A stretch of DNA of 64,000 bases, taken from assembly GCA_051294905.1 (NCBI GenBank), contig CM119384.1, positions 7,130,001-7,194,000 on the forward strand. Direction: 5' to 3'. A program made the translations under genes and the position numbers. This DNA is from Botryllus schlosseri. Its lineage: Eukaryota. Of this stretch, positions 1-10,412 are shown piece after piece (the first letter of the stretch is position 1; each line of letters begins with the position of its first letter). Below the pieces are notes generated by a model. It ran no database searches, was not told the DNA's origin, and saw nothing but the letters and a program-made list of their open reading frames with translations.

Positions 1-845
1 CCATCGATACCACGGTATATCCCACGTCATATAGTATTATATGCTTCAAAGCAACCCACTGACATTAAAGGATTTTCCTAATTCACTGGATGTCATAGAT
101 ATTGAATACCTATGGCACTCTGCTTACAAGCCGGTCGCTCAGTCATTATTATTCAAAAACGCCGGAATTTCTTGGTGCCGCGACCCATTAGTTAACGCGT
201 TAGGAAATAGAGTCGTTTAGGATAACTCTTTATGCTTTCATAATTACATTCACGGCAGACATAATACATTTAGTTGTTCATTGACGACTTTTTAGGAGAA
301 ACCTAAATTTAAAACTGGATTTCGGGTGAATGTGAAGGCCCCCCGTGGTATGGAACCATGCAAGGTGTCACGTGTGCTACGGAATTTCCGACCGGAGTGC
401 CGTGACGATAGACCCAGGTTCAGCCTGATTATATCAAGTGGAGTGTGTCTGGTCGCAGGTCCGGTAGTTGAATTCGTGAATATGCGATTTATCTCAATCA
501 GCAAATTACCGATCTGGAATATTTACCACGAGATTGTTCCATGGCGTTTCAATGTTTTGAAGGAAAATACGATTCGCGTTGAATGTAACTAGGTTAGAAT
601 TTAGATACTCCATTTTTCAACCATGGCATCTAAAGTTCTAGCGTCACACCAACTCCATCACGATTACATCGAATGTTACAATTATTGAATGTAAATGTAA
701 ATGTAAAATGTTTACATTCGATAGTGCAATGTTGATGGCAAATCTCGATTTTCAAAATATTAATCATGGACATAGACTACTAGATTATCCACCATAGTTG
801 CGGTATCGGCGGCGATTTGGCCGATGGCAGCGATGATAAAACTAG

Positions 846-1428
846 AGAAATTAAACATGGAACGGCAACGACCGATTTTGCAGCTTCGTTCCGCTTCGCC
901 GAGGCTGGAGTGGAGAATTGTTTGGCGTAAGCGACTGTAGGAATTCTGTCAAAACAAAAGCTATCTTCCCGAACGCAGAAATTACTGAATCTGGTCTTGA
1001 TCGAAAGCTACTGTTGCACCGATTCCGAATATATAAATTAAAATATTGATCAGGCACTGATCCACCTAGAATCTGTCCTCCAAGTCTGAAATATCGGCAT
1101 TGTTCAGAACAATCGAGTAACCGCAACACAATGTCCATGACAATGACCCGTTGCGACTCTCCGATTGTTCGAACAATGCCGATATTTCAAACTTGGAGGA
1201 CGGATTCTAGGTGGATCAGTCCCTGATCATTATTTTAATTTATATTTTCGGAATCGGTGCAACAGTAGCTTTCGATCAAGACTAGATTCAATAATTTCTG
1301 GGCTCGGGAAAATAGCTTTTGGATTGCCAGAAATCCTACAGTCGCTTACGCGAAACAATTCTCCACTCCAGCCTCAGCGAAGCGGAACGAAGCTGCAATC
1401 GGTCGTTGCCGTTCCATGTTTAATTTCT
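846..1428. mobile_element. Foldback/MITE element, ~275-bp inverted arms with ~40-bp spacer
   Basis: 846-~1120 is the reverse complement of ~1160-1428 (AGAAATTAAACATGGAACGGCAACGACCG ... CGGTCGTTGCCGTTCCATGTTTAATTTCT). This explains the mirror-image ORFs 851-1138(-) and 1165-1473(+). Confidence 0.9.
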
Positions 1429-1639
1429 ATAATAAAACAAACACTAACGTATCGCCGGCATCGCCTCGTCTGATACGGTCTTAAGTGACATCACAAGCGA
1501 CAGCTAACTAGAGCAAACACGCTGCAATATACTGCATCGCGTCGCAATCGCTCAGCGCGTCATCAGTAATTGTTTATCACCGGCTATAACCTTTGTAGGT
1601 TTAACGATCGGAGAACCGCGTAATTTCACGCCAATAATA

Positions 1640-1957
1640 ATCAATCAATCAACCGACAAATTATATCTTCATCTGCCCAAGACACACACACAATGTACAA
1701 TGCGATATAGAAGACTTACATTGCGATGTAATGAACAGATCGGGGCATGCCGATCGACAAACCAGTCGGGGTCTCTTGAACCGGCTTCCTCCTCAACCTA
1801 GTGCTCGATGTCATAATCTTCTCCTTCGATGTTATTTTGTCGCCGTAAGAACAACGACACGGGGGATGAGGAGCCCAAAATAACCTCACATGGCGGGAAT
1901 CGAAACCGGGTCGCCTGCTCGGATGGCGCCGGCGCTTACCACTACGCTATTTCGACC
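1640..1957 (-). mobile_element. tRNA-derived SINE (family A)
   Basis: Minus strand head GAAATAGCGTAGTGGTAAGCGCC...GGTTTCGATTCCCGCC has Pol III A/B boxes, followed by an unrelated body and a (TTGA)n/TTA tail near 1640-1655. Confidence 0.75.
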
Positions 1958-2096
1958 GTAATAAGCTTATTATCCCGCATGTCTAATTTTTTCCGTTTGG
2001 CCTTTATACACATTTCGTGAATGGTAATAACCTTCACTAATACGAAATCAATGGATTGCTATACTCACCATGTATGGAAATCAGTTCTGATATAAG

Positions 2097-2670
2097 ACTA
2101 TATGCTGCCAAACGCATCAATCATCTTCATTATCCTAATTCTGGCATTTTCTGATTCAGGAAGCACGCAGCCTGCAGCGGAGATGGGCGCTCACTGTGTG
2201 ATGAGTATAATTTGCGATTACCTATTATTGAGCCACGGATTCGTGTGCTCGATCATCTACATTTTTATCGATGACGTGTTCCGACCGATCTTCCTCTGGC
2301 CGGTGGCTATTCTCCTCAGTCCGGTAAGACACCACATTATGGTATTCCATGTGTAATGATTGCTCTGGAATGAGGTCAAGATAGCAATGCACTTTAATGT
2401 TTGTGGAATTCGCGAAATGTTAGTAGTCTAATGAAAGTAGTCTAAAAACATTCGTAATCCGGCCAAAGTCACCCAATTCGCCATCTTTTCAGAACCAAAT
2501 CCAGGGATATCCCTGACCAAATCCAAATGCAAGTCTATTCATATTTCTGATATTTGTGTTTTTAGTTTCGATGTTGTCGAACTCGAGGAGGCAGCCAAAG
2601 CACTGCATATGGCTCCGGCAGACGCAGGACGTTGTCCCGGAACTCTAATATGATGACACATGGTTTGTGA
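2097..2670 (+). CDS. Putative last exons of a 7TM receptor-like membrane protein (class B / cAMP-receptor-like TM7-helix 8)
   Basis: Candidate exons 2097-2323 (donor CCG|gtaaga) and 2566-2670 (acceptor ttttag) join in frame: YMLPNASIIFIILILAF...LLLSHGFVCSIIYIFIDDVFRPIFLWPVAILLSP|FRCCRTRGGSQ...GL*. Two hydrophobic helices, a GF..IIY.F motif and a Cys-Cys tail. Upstream exons unresolved. Confidence 0.35.
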
Positions 2671-3156
2671 AGGAACAGCCGACTAGACAAGCAATCCCGA
2701 ATCAACAACTTATTCCAACATAACTCTATTGCTTTACGTTACTTTCTTCAAATCGATATTCCATGTTTGTTTATTGCTTTATAAGAATATTTACCGTGAA
2801 AACAATGGCGCTCTTCGCACAAACGCTTTGCTGTTAGGTGAGCTATGTTTAGATGGCATTCTGTTAGCTAATTTGTCCCGCGCTCGGATGGATTTACGAA
2901 TCCATTTCTTTGCAGGTATACTTCAGCTCAGTTCGTCAAGTAGACCTAGTCTAACCCATCGGTATTGTCAAGCGGGCATATGTATTAGGTCACACGGGTG
3001 GCAACCTTTTGCTCTGTGGACTGGTTTCAAAATGGAATTCTTTTCTCGGATTGGTCTTCAAAAACACCAATATTCGACATTAAAAATAGAATGCGGCCCA
3101 TACACTTCAACGTCACTATGCCCAGTAAGTCAGTAACAGGTTATAACTATATGTCT

Positions 3157-3365
3157 AGGTGGCGAGATCGCGTAGTGGTATAATCCACAGCGCAACACCA
3201 ATGGGTTCTGGGTTCGAGTCCGACCGAGGTCGACTCCAGAATTCCTACCTAAGTGTTGAAGGTATCTAGGCTTATCCTCGCTATATCACCCGTGTAAGCG
3301 GTGTCGTAAGAAAGCCTAGAAGTGGGCCTGGTTACAAATCGGTAGCTATGAAATAACAATGAAGA
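3157..3365 (+). mobile_element. tRNA-derived SINE (family B)
   Basis: GGTGGCGAGATCGCGTAGTGGTA (A box) ... GGGTTCGAGTCC (B box), then CCGAGGTCGACTCC body and an A-rich end. No tRNA acceptor stem closure. Confidence 0.75.
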
Positions 3366-3368
3366 AAA

Positions 3369-3690
3369 TTGGCCTGGTGTCATGTTGCCATTCGGACATG
3401 GTGTCTGGGGTGTGTTCGGACATCATGGCTGAGGTGTGTTCGGCCTGCATATGGTTGCCATTCGGACATGGTGTCTGGAGTGTGTTCAGACGTCATGTCT
3501 GAGGTGTGTCCGGCCTGTGTTGCCATTCGGACATGGTGTCTGGGGTGTGTTCGGACTGCGTTTCCACTAGGACATTGTGTCTTGGGGTGTGTTCGGACTG
3601 CCTTGCCACTCTTACGTCATTTTGGGCGTGTTCTGTGGTGTGTTCGGACTAGATTACCACTGTTACATCGTGCCTTGGATATGTTGGTAC
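3369..3690. repeat. Degenerate minisatellite, ~65-70-bp higher-order unit
   Basis: GTTGCCATTCGGACATGGTGTCTGGGGTGTGTTCGGAC occurs 3 times, plus further degenerate GTGTGTTCGGAC subunits. Confidence 0.85.
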
Positions 3691-4017
3691 CGCAAGTGAC
3701 CTAGTGAATATAGCTACTGACCGTATTTCAAACATAATCGAACCAAACCTCCTCACAAATTCCGCAAATCAGGTCGGAATCGTATCCAAACCCGAATGAT
3801 GCATTATCATAACCAATGACATATGTATGGCCATATAATATGTATATGATCAATGGGAATCGCCATTTATATAGCTCAGTGTGGAAAACCCATTCATTTT
3901 TCCATGGCATCAGTGATAAAAACTCTTTATTCGAGTTTTTTTTTGTGGAGGATACAGTCCATCCTCAAGATTACCGGACCACGACTGACCTATCGATCTC
4001 GCTTCCCATGACATGCC

Positions 4018-4239
4018 GCCCTATTTCTTGTCGCATTCTTTTTCTATACTATCTTCTTTACCTTCATTCAGTGTGCATGCCTCCTCTTTACATCGCCTAG
4101 GCCCAGGTGGGTGTCAGATTCCATAGACTACTCCTTGTCGCTTCGACATCTTCCTGTCTTTTCATTGTATCGCATTTTTGTGGTGTATTGAACTGATAAA
4201 ATTGCTAATAAACCAATGATGATGATGATGATGATGATG
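4018..4239 (+). mobile_element. LINE/SINE 3' end with (ATG)n tail
   Basis: Ends ...TTGCTAATAAACCA(ATG)8. A closely similar inverted copy lies at 4754-4974, with older copies near 18830-18970 and 29140-29210. Confidence 0.75.
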
Positions 4240-4355
4240 TTTGACCAGCCCTGTCTACCCTACAAGTACCCAAGGTGACTATCGATGAGCTTTGGTGTAA
4301 ATAGAATCCTAGTACATCTTGCATGACTGCGAAAATAACATAGTCTGTTTATATA

Positions 4356-4753
4356 CAGGGGGTTACCATATTTTGAAATTGGGAAAGGAGGACACTTTTA
4401 CCAAATCAGAAAAGTTATTTGATCAAGACTGAAAACAGAGGATTTTGCTATTTTTGCTGGAAAATTTTTGAAAAAAAAAGAAAAAAGGTCATCACTATCG
4501 TTCGATTTACACACTTTTTACTTGAATTTAGTAGTATTGACTAAAAATTAAAAATAAAAAAAGGTCGTCTTTTTCGATCGACTCCTGAATTACCCGCTCG
4601 GACGTCTGTATTTGCTATTTAGCGTCGTTTATGCCCATTTTCAGTTGAATCTGTCCCTTATCCTAGCTGTAAAGGAGGACAAATTGCCCAAAATGAGGAC
4701 ATTTAGGCGTCCTCGGAGGACATTTTCAAAAACCTAAAGGAGGACGTATGGTA
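4356..4753. mobile_element. MITE remnant (GGTTACCATA...TATGGTAA termini, internal GGAGGACA repeats)
   Basis: Left end CAGGGGGTTACCATA, right end TATGGTAA cut by the (ATC)n tail of the neighbouring retroelement. GGAGGACA repeated internally. Confidence 0.6.
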
Positions 4754-5400
4754 ATCATCATCATCATCATCATTGGTTTATTAGCAATTTTATCAGTTCA
4801 ACACACCACAAAAAATGCGATACAATGAAAAGAAAGGAAGATGTCGAAGCGACTAGGAGTTGTCTATGGAATCGGACACCCACCTTGGCCTAGGCGATGT
4901 AAAGAGGAGGCATGCACACTGAATGAAAGTAAAGAAGATAGTATAGAAAAAGGAAGCGACAATAAATAGGGCAGTGGTCTGTTCAGAACATTACCCTGTT
5001 TATAGATTCGAAGATTAAAGGAGAACGAAAAAAGTAAGACCCTCCGCAACGCTGATGAACAATGTCCTCAATCGGAACGACACCGACATTAGAACATTCT
5101 CAAAAGCAGCACTTTCACTCAGCTCTGTGCCTGTGATACCCTCGATCCATGTGCAGTGTGCACCATAGAATATTAGGCTTTAGTGAGTAAATTGCTATTT
5201 GTGATTGTGGCTGGGCGCTGGAGAAGGTGGCTTTGGGTTGGCAATGTGTCCAACAGGTTTGAGAAGGAAAGTCATCGGCTGGCCATTATCTTTCACAAAT
5301 TGAACCATGGTAATATTTATGAAAAAATCTCCTGCAGCCTGTAACGCAGAAGTATGTGCTAACTGGGACAAGGCTATGCAGTATAATTTATCAATACACG
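4754..5400 (-). mobile_element. 5'-truncated LINE 3' portion, (ATG)n tail on minus strand
   Basis: 4754-4974 matches 4018-4239 in reverse orientation. The upstream sequence to ~5400 is tentatively included as a decayed body with no intact ORF. Confidence 0.6.
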
Positions 5401-6378
5401 TGCGTCGTGCCCAATGTGCCGATGTCAGTCGGTATGTAGGTCGCGCCAAAGAATATAGAAGGACTTCTATATTCTTTGGGTCGCGCGTCTCAGCGTTAAC
5501 AGCTTATGATTCGTCAGCATGTCCCACGGTATATTAGAAAGACAAATCATGATGTTTCTGACACTCAACCACTGCAATCTGTCGACCCATTACGTGTCGA
5601 CCCTCAGTTATACTACTTTTGTTTGATTTTCCGACTATAATTAGATATCCCGATGATCGGCAATGCTCGCAAGTTGAGTCTTCCGCTGCATCCTCGTTTT
5701 AGACTTATTTCACACTATGAGCTCTGTAAAGAATATCTTAAAAAGACCAATGACTGACTGTTCCGTGTTGACGTGTTCCACATCTGCTTTTTCATTCAAC
5801 ACTGTGGTAGGAAGCTGGATTTTAGCAGTTTCCGCGTTTTAGGGGCCATTTCCACTTTTCAGCGTTTTAGGAACCCTACATGACATGAATCACGGGTTTT
5901 AATGTAGGCCGACATGCTACACTACTGAGGTTCCATAGCCTACTACACTCCATGCTAAGTATATATGAATGGAATTGATTCAATTAATAAATGTTTACAT
6001 TGATATTTCCTTTGACCTATATGACCTATCAGAGTACATGTTAGAAATGATAAATCTCCCGAATAGAAGATCCTAAATGTTTGATGCTATCTTTTCATGT
6101 TATCGAAATAAATTGATGAAAATACAAAACATTTGAATGAATGATGGCTGTCATTCACTCGGCTGGTGTAAAAACCAATAATTCTAGTGTACTCATCCCA
6201 ATTCTTCTACAGATCCCAGTAGGATGGGTGCAATGTAGTCATTTTATTGTCATCACTTGACCTAGTCCAATGATCATCACTGTTTACTAATCAATGTGCG
6301 GCATAGATTGTTGGAACTCAAATATTAACAGTGCTCATTCGTTAAAAGTTTAATTGACAGTTTGCCACATATCTAAAT

Positions 6379-7245
6379 ATGAATCTGATAGAAGATGGCT
6401 GGTTTCATGAAAAAAACAAATTATGGCCCGGACAGTGCATGTCCCTGAAGGTCGAGAAAGTCTTGTATCACGGAAAATCCGAATATCAAGACGTCATCGT
6501 ATTTAAAAGTGCCAATCATGGTAATGTGCTCGTTCTGGACGGTGTCATTCAGTGTACTGAACGCGATGAATTCTCCTACCAAGAAATGATCGCACATATT
6601 CCGTTATTTAGTCATCCGAATCCTGAACATATTTTGGTCATTGGCGGTGGCGATGGTGGCGTGATACGTGAAATTATCAAGCATGACACTGTGAAAACTG
6701 TAACCCAATGTGAAATCGACGAAGACGTGATAACACTATCAAAGAAGTATCTCCCCAACATGGCGAGCGGATATTCCGACCCCAGAGTGACGACGCATAT
6801 TGGTGATGGTTTCAAATTCATGGCGCAGCATCCTGGAACTTACGATGTCATTATCACCGACTCATCTGATCCGGATGGACCCGCCGAGTCTCTGTTTCAA
6901 GAGGAATACTACCAATTAATGAAAATGGCTCTGAAACCGAATGGAGTATTGTGCTGTCAAGGAGAATGCTTGTGGCTTCATTTGGATTTGATAAGAAAAA
7001 TGAAAGAATTTTGCCAGAGAAACTTTCCGAAATTTGCATATTCTTACACCACCATTCCGACTTATCCAAGTGGGCAAATCGGGTTTATATTGTGCAGCTT
7101 GAATGAAGATACTGACTTTCCAGAGCCTGAGAGAACTCTTTCGGAGGACGAAATCGACAAACTGAAGTTAAAATATTACAATTCCGCGATTCACAAAGCG
7201 TCTTTTGTGCTTCCTCAATTTGCCAAGAAGGCATTAGCAAAGTAA
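6379..7245 (+). CDS. SRM: Spermidine synthase, 288 aa, single coding exon
   Basis: GWF.E...[39 protein letters not shown] (dcSAM binding), [24 protein letters not shown]. Acceptor-like ttaattgacag ends at 6360. Confidence 0.97.
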   Translation: MNLIEDGWFHEKNKLWPGQCMSLKVEKVLYHGKSEYQDVIVFKSANHGNVLVLDGVIQCTERDEFSYQEMIAHIPLFSHPNPEHILVIGGGDGGVIREIIKHDTVKTVTQCEIDEDVITLSKKYLPNMASGYSDPRVTTHIGDGFKFMAQHPGTYDVIITDSSDPDGPAESLFQEEYYQLMKMALKPNGVLCCQGECLWLHLDLIRKMKEFCQRNFPKFAYSYTTIPTYPSGQIGFILCSLNEDTDFPEPERTLSEDEIDKLKLKYYNSAIHKASFVLPQFAKKALAK

Positions 7246-7382
7246 TGCGGTATTTATTATTTTGTGTCGAACGCATTTACGTTCAGAGATAGGTGAATTC
7301 TAAATTCGTGGGTAGAAGGTTTCAGTAAGTCAATCATACTAGTTGAGTTATTGTGGTTGGTATATTGATGCTATTCATTATA

Positions 7383-8014
7383 GGGCTGTTCAAACAAAAA
7401 ACTTTTCTTTAAGATTTCACTGGCTACTTGATGAAATTGTTAGGTTGGTTAAAAAAACGCTGCACACCAACTTTGGCACAATTCCAACCAGTAGAAGCGA
7501 GATTCTCGTAGTTGAAAGTTTTGAATTTATCATTGAAAAATAAAAATTTCAAAATTTTTCTGTCAACCCCATAAAATTGTTAGGCTGTCAGTAGAGATGG
7601 ATGATGCATACCAAATTTGGCTCAATTGCAACGACTAGAAGTGAAGTTATTGCAGTAGAAAAATTTGAATTTCATTAAAATGGTATTTACGGTGACTAAT
7701 TCTTCAATTATTTATTATAAAATCATGGAATTATAAATTTTTCTACTACAATAATTTCGCTTCTAGTGGTGGAATTGAGCCAAATTTGGTATGCATCATC
7801 TCTACTGACAGACAGCCTAACAATTTTATGCGGTCGACAGAAAAATTTTGAAATTTTATTTTTTAATGATAAATTCACAACTTTCTACCGCAAGAATATT
7901 GCTTGTACTGGTTGGAATTAAGCCAAAGTTGGTGTGCAATGTTTTTTAACCAACCTAACAATTTTATCTAGTAGCCAGTAAAATCTGATGGAAAAGTTCA
8001 TTTTTGAACAGCCC
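7383..8014. mobile_element. Whole-length foldback MITE, TA|GGGCTGTTCAAA...TTTGAACAGCCC termini
   Basis: The two halves are reverse complements around a spacer at ~7675-7735. Same termini as 60460-61072. Confidence 0.9.
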
Positions 8015-8479
8015 TTCTATTTATGCTTAGCCTGCATTCCATGTCATCATAATATTGCCATATTGTGTCCGACTATTGAATAGATAGTTACTTCAGTATT
8101 GTGTTTACACAAAGTTGTAATGTGAATATTTGTCAATTGATATACTTGAGCTAATTTGCTAAGTACATGCTGATATGTGTTGTGTATCATTGCAACAGTG
8201 CCTTCCCAATCCTTGCAGTGTTGAGGAAGTGGACTATCAGTTGAGTATTTTGATCTCAATTAATCATTTAGCATTCTGGAAAAGGTGCGATAACAATTGT
8301 TTTTGCTGGTGCAATATCATTTGAACTACAGTCAAAGACCACAATAACATGCAATTGTGTAATACCCATGAATTCGGGGCAATTATAACTGTGATTGATT
8401 TGCACCGAAAATTGATGCAAGATCATCAAAATTTTCTCAATTGCAGGTCATAGACATATTGTAGTTCTCAATAGTAAAG

Positions 8480-9556
8480 ATGAGTCAAAATTTTCCTGCC
8501 ATGAAAAACGATTTGCTGCTCCGGGCGGCGAAAGGAGAAAAGGTCGAAAGAGTCCCGGTATGGGTGATGCGTCAAGCCGGCAGATATTTACCCGAGTTCC
8601 GCGCGGTCCGAGAAAAGCACGACTTCTTCACAGTATGCCGTACGCCGGAACTAGCGTGCGAGGTGACCCTTCAGCCTTTGAGACGGTTCAAACTTGATGC
8701 GGCGATCATATTTTCCGATATTCTCGTCATCCCGCAAGCTCTCGGAATGGAAGTGCTAATGGTGCCCGGGAAAGGTCCCACTTTTCCGCAACCTCTGAAG
8801 TCTCCAGAAGATATGGAACGACTGAACCACAACCCTGACGTTCACAAGGAATTGGGATATGTGTTTGATGCACTGACATTGACTAGAACGAAACTAGAAG
8901 GCCAAGTTCCGTTGATTGGCTTTAGTGGGGCTCCATGGACATTGATGGCGTATATGGTGGAAGGAGGTGGCTCATCCACATACTCCAAACCACGTTCGTG
9001 GCTGTATAAATCGCCTAATGAAAGTAAAAAGCTGCTGACATTATTAACAGACACGATCATTGAATATTTGATTGGGCAGGTTGAAGCCGGCGCACAGTTA
9101 CTGCAACTGTTCGATAGCCACGCTGGCGTGCTGGATAGAGAGTTGTTCCTGGAGTTTGCTCTGCCGTACTTGGTTAAAATTGTTGATAAAGTTAAAAGTG
9201 GGTTGAGAGAAAAGGGTATAGACCCGGTTCCAATGACCGTGTTCGCTAAAGGAGCACATTATGCTATCGAAGACATGGCAAAAACAAATTACGACATCAT
9301 AGGTCTCGATTGGACAATGGATGCCTTGCACGCACGTCAGATTTCCAATGCTCACGGAAAAACTTTGCAAGGCAATCTCGATCCGGCGGCTTTGTACGCG
9401 CCTGTAGAACAAATTGCGGAAGCCACAAAATCAATGATAGCGAAATTCGGCACTAAAAGTTACATCGCCAACCTTGGACATGGAATGTATCCGGACATGT
9501 CTCCTGATCATTTGGAAGTGTTTGTCGACTCTGTGCACAAATATTCACAAAGCTGA
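8480..9556 (+). CDS. UROD: Uroporphyrinogen decarboxylase, 358 aa, single coding exon
   Basis: [68 protein letters not shown]; the catalytic Arg/Asp/Tyr/His motifs are present. Acceptor-like ctcaattgcag ends at ~8447. Confidence 0.97.
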   Translation: MSQNFPAMKNDLLLRAAKGEKVERVPVWVMRQAGRYLPEFRAVREKHDFFTVCRTPELACEVTLQPLRRFKLDAAIIFSDILVIPQALGMEVLMVPGKGPTFPQPLKSPEDMERLNHNPDVHKELGYVFDALTLTRTKLEGQVPLIGFSGAPWTLMAYMVEGGGSSTYSKPRSWLYKSPNESKKLLTLLTDTIIEYLIGQVEAGAQLLQLFDSHAGVLDRELFLEFALPYLVKIVDKVKSGLREKGIDPVPMTVFAKGAHYAIEDMAKTNYDIIGLDWTMDALHARQISNAHGKTLQGNLDPAALYAPVEQIAEATKSMIAKFGTKSYIANLGHGMYPDMSPDHLEVFVDSVHKYSQS

Positions 9557-10317
9557 TTCCTGTAAAATTCTGTGTCTACGTTGAGATTTTCCGTTACTTT
9601 TGGTACTCATATAATTTGCAGATGCTATGAGAGATCGCACCAATTGAGCCTTATCGATCAAATCTAATGAGGAAAGTATTGAGGTTGATCGACTTGTGAT
9701 ATCCAGGCAAATCTGTCTGTTCTGTCAAATCTGTCCAATATCATTTGTAATAGCTGCATATTTGCAGTTCTGTTTATGAAGATTCAGTGCATACAATAGA
9801 TATTACATTATACAAATGCTGTGTCGTTAATTGACTCGACAATATTTGATACACACAAAGAAACTAGAGTCGGTTTGATGCACTGTCTTCATCATTGAGT
9901 GGTTTTGGTCTTATCATTTTTTCATTGTCCTTACCTAAAGATGTTCGATGTAACCGTTAACACACTCTTCTCTCTTTCTGGCCATTGGTATTGTTAGCAC
10001 TCATTAGTTTTGTATAAAATATGCCGGCCTATATTGCCAACTCTGTGCCTACTGGCCAATAAATGGGCTGCTCTCAGCCGTCACAAAAGTTTAGAGTCTG
10101 TGGCCCAGCAATGACATGAAGCAGTGTCCGTCAAGCCCCAGTTTTCCAGTGTTTCTGGTATAGGTCAATAATCCGAGAATTTGCTCAAATATGTTGCAAG
10201 GAATGCAATAAAGACCGTTTCTGGACTCGGTTTCAAAAATGCACACTATCACATATTTTTATTTCGTTCAATGCGTAAATGTGGAACACTATGTGGCGTT
10301 TTTGCCGTCGCTACGAT

Positions 10318-10325
10318 GCGGAAGT
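10318..10325 (+). promoter_or_regulatory. ETS/GABP-type motif GCGGAAGT in CpG-rich patch upstream of Abraxas ATG
   Basis: Motif ~90 bp upstream of the ATG at 10413 in a local CpG cluster; typical of housekeeping promoters. Function is inferred. Confidence 0.4.
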
Positions 10326-10412
10326 AGTGCCATGACAGGATTTTGTTGCAATAATTCATCTCCTTGCTATCACTTTTTTTTTCGGATTACAAAGGTCGTT
10401 AGCCTAAAAAAA

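Noticed and set aside
851-1473. Two similar ~100-aa ORFs on opposite strands
   Set aside because: They are the two arms of one inverted repeat; no protein features.
1880-1957. tRNA gene (also 3157-3230, 45940-46015, 48672-48745)
   Set aside because: A/B boxes are present but the acceptor stems do not close, and each continues into a repeat body and tail, so these are SINE heads.
3369-3704. Cys-rich ORF or CRISPR-like array
   Set aside because: The ORF is a translation of the minisatellite. Repeats are degenerate, with no unique constant-length spacers and no cas genes, in a eukaryotic context.
6379-9556. Bacterial horizontal transfer or contamination for intronless SRM and UROD
   Set aside because: Both proteins are animal-type in their N-termini and motifs, and they are embedded among host MITEs and spliceosomal genes.
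10020-10240. LINE C-terminal remnant on - (LENWGLTDTASCHC)
   Set aside because: It resembles the KWG...C.CG end of RTE/CR1-like ORF2 but is too short and interrupted to support a call.
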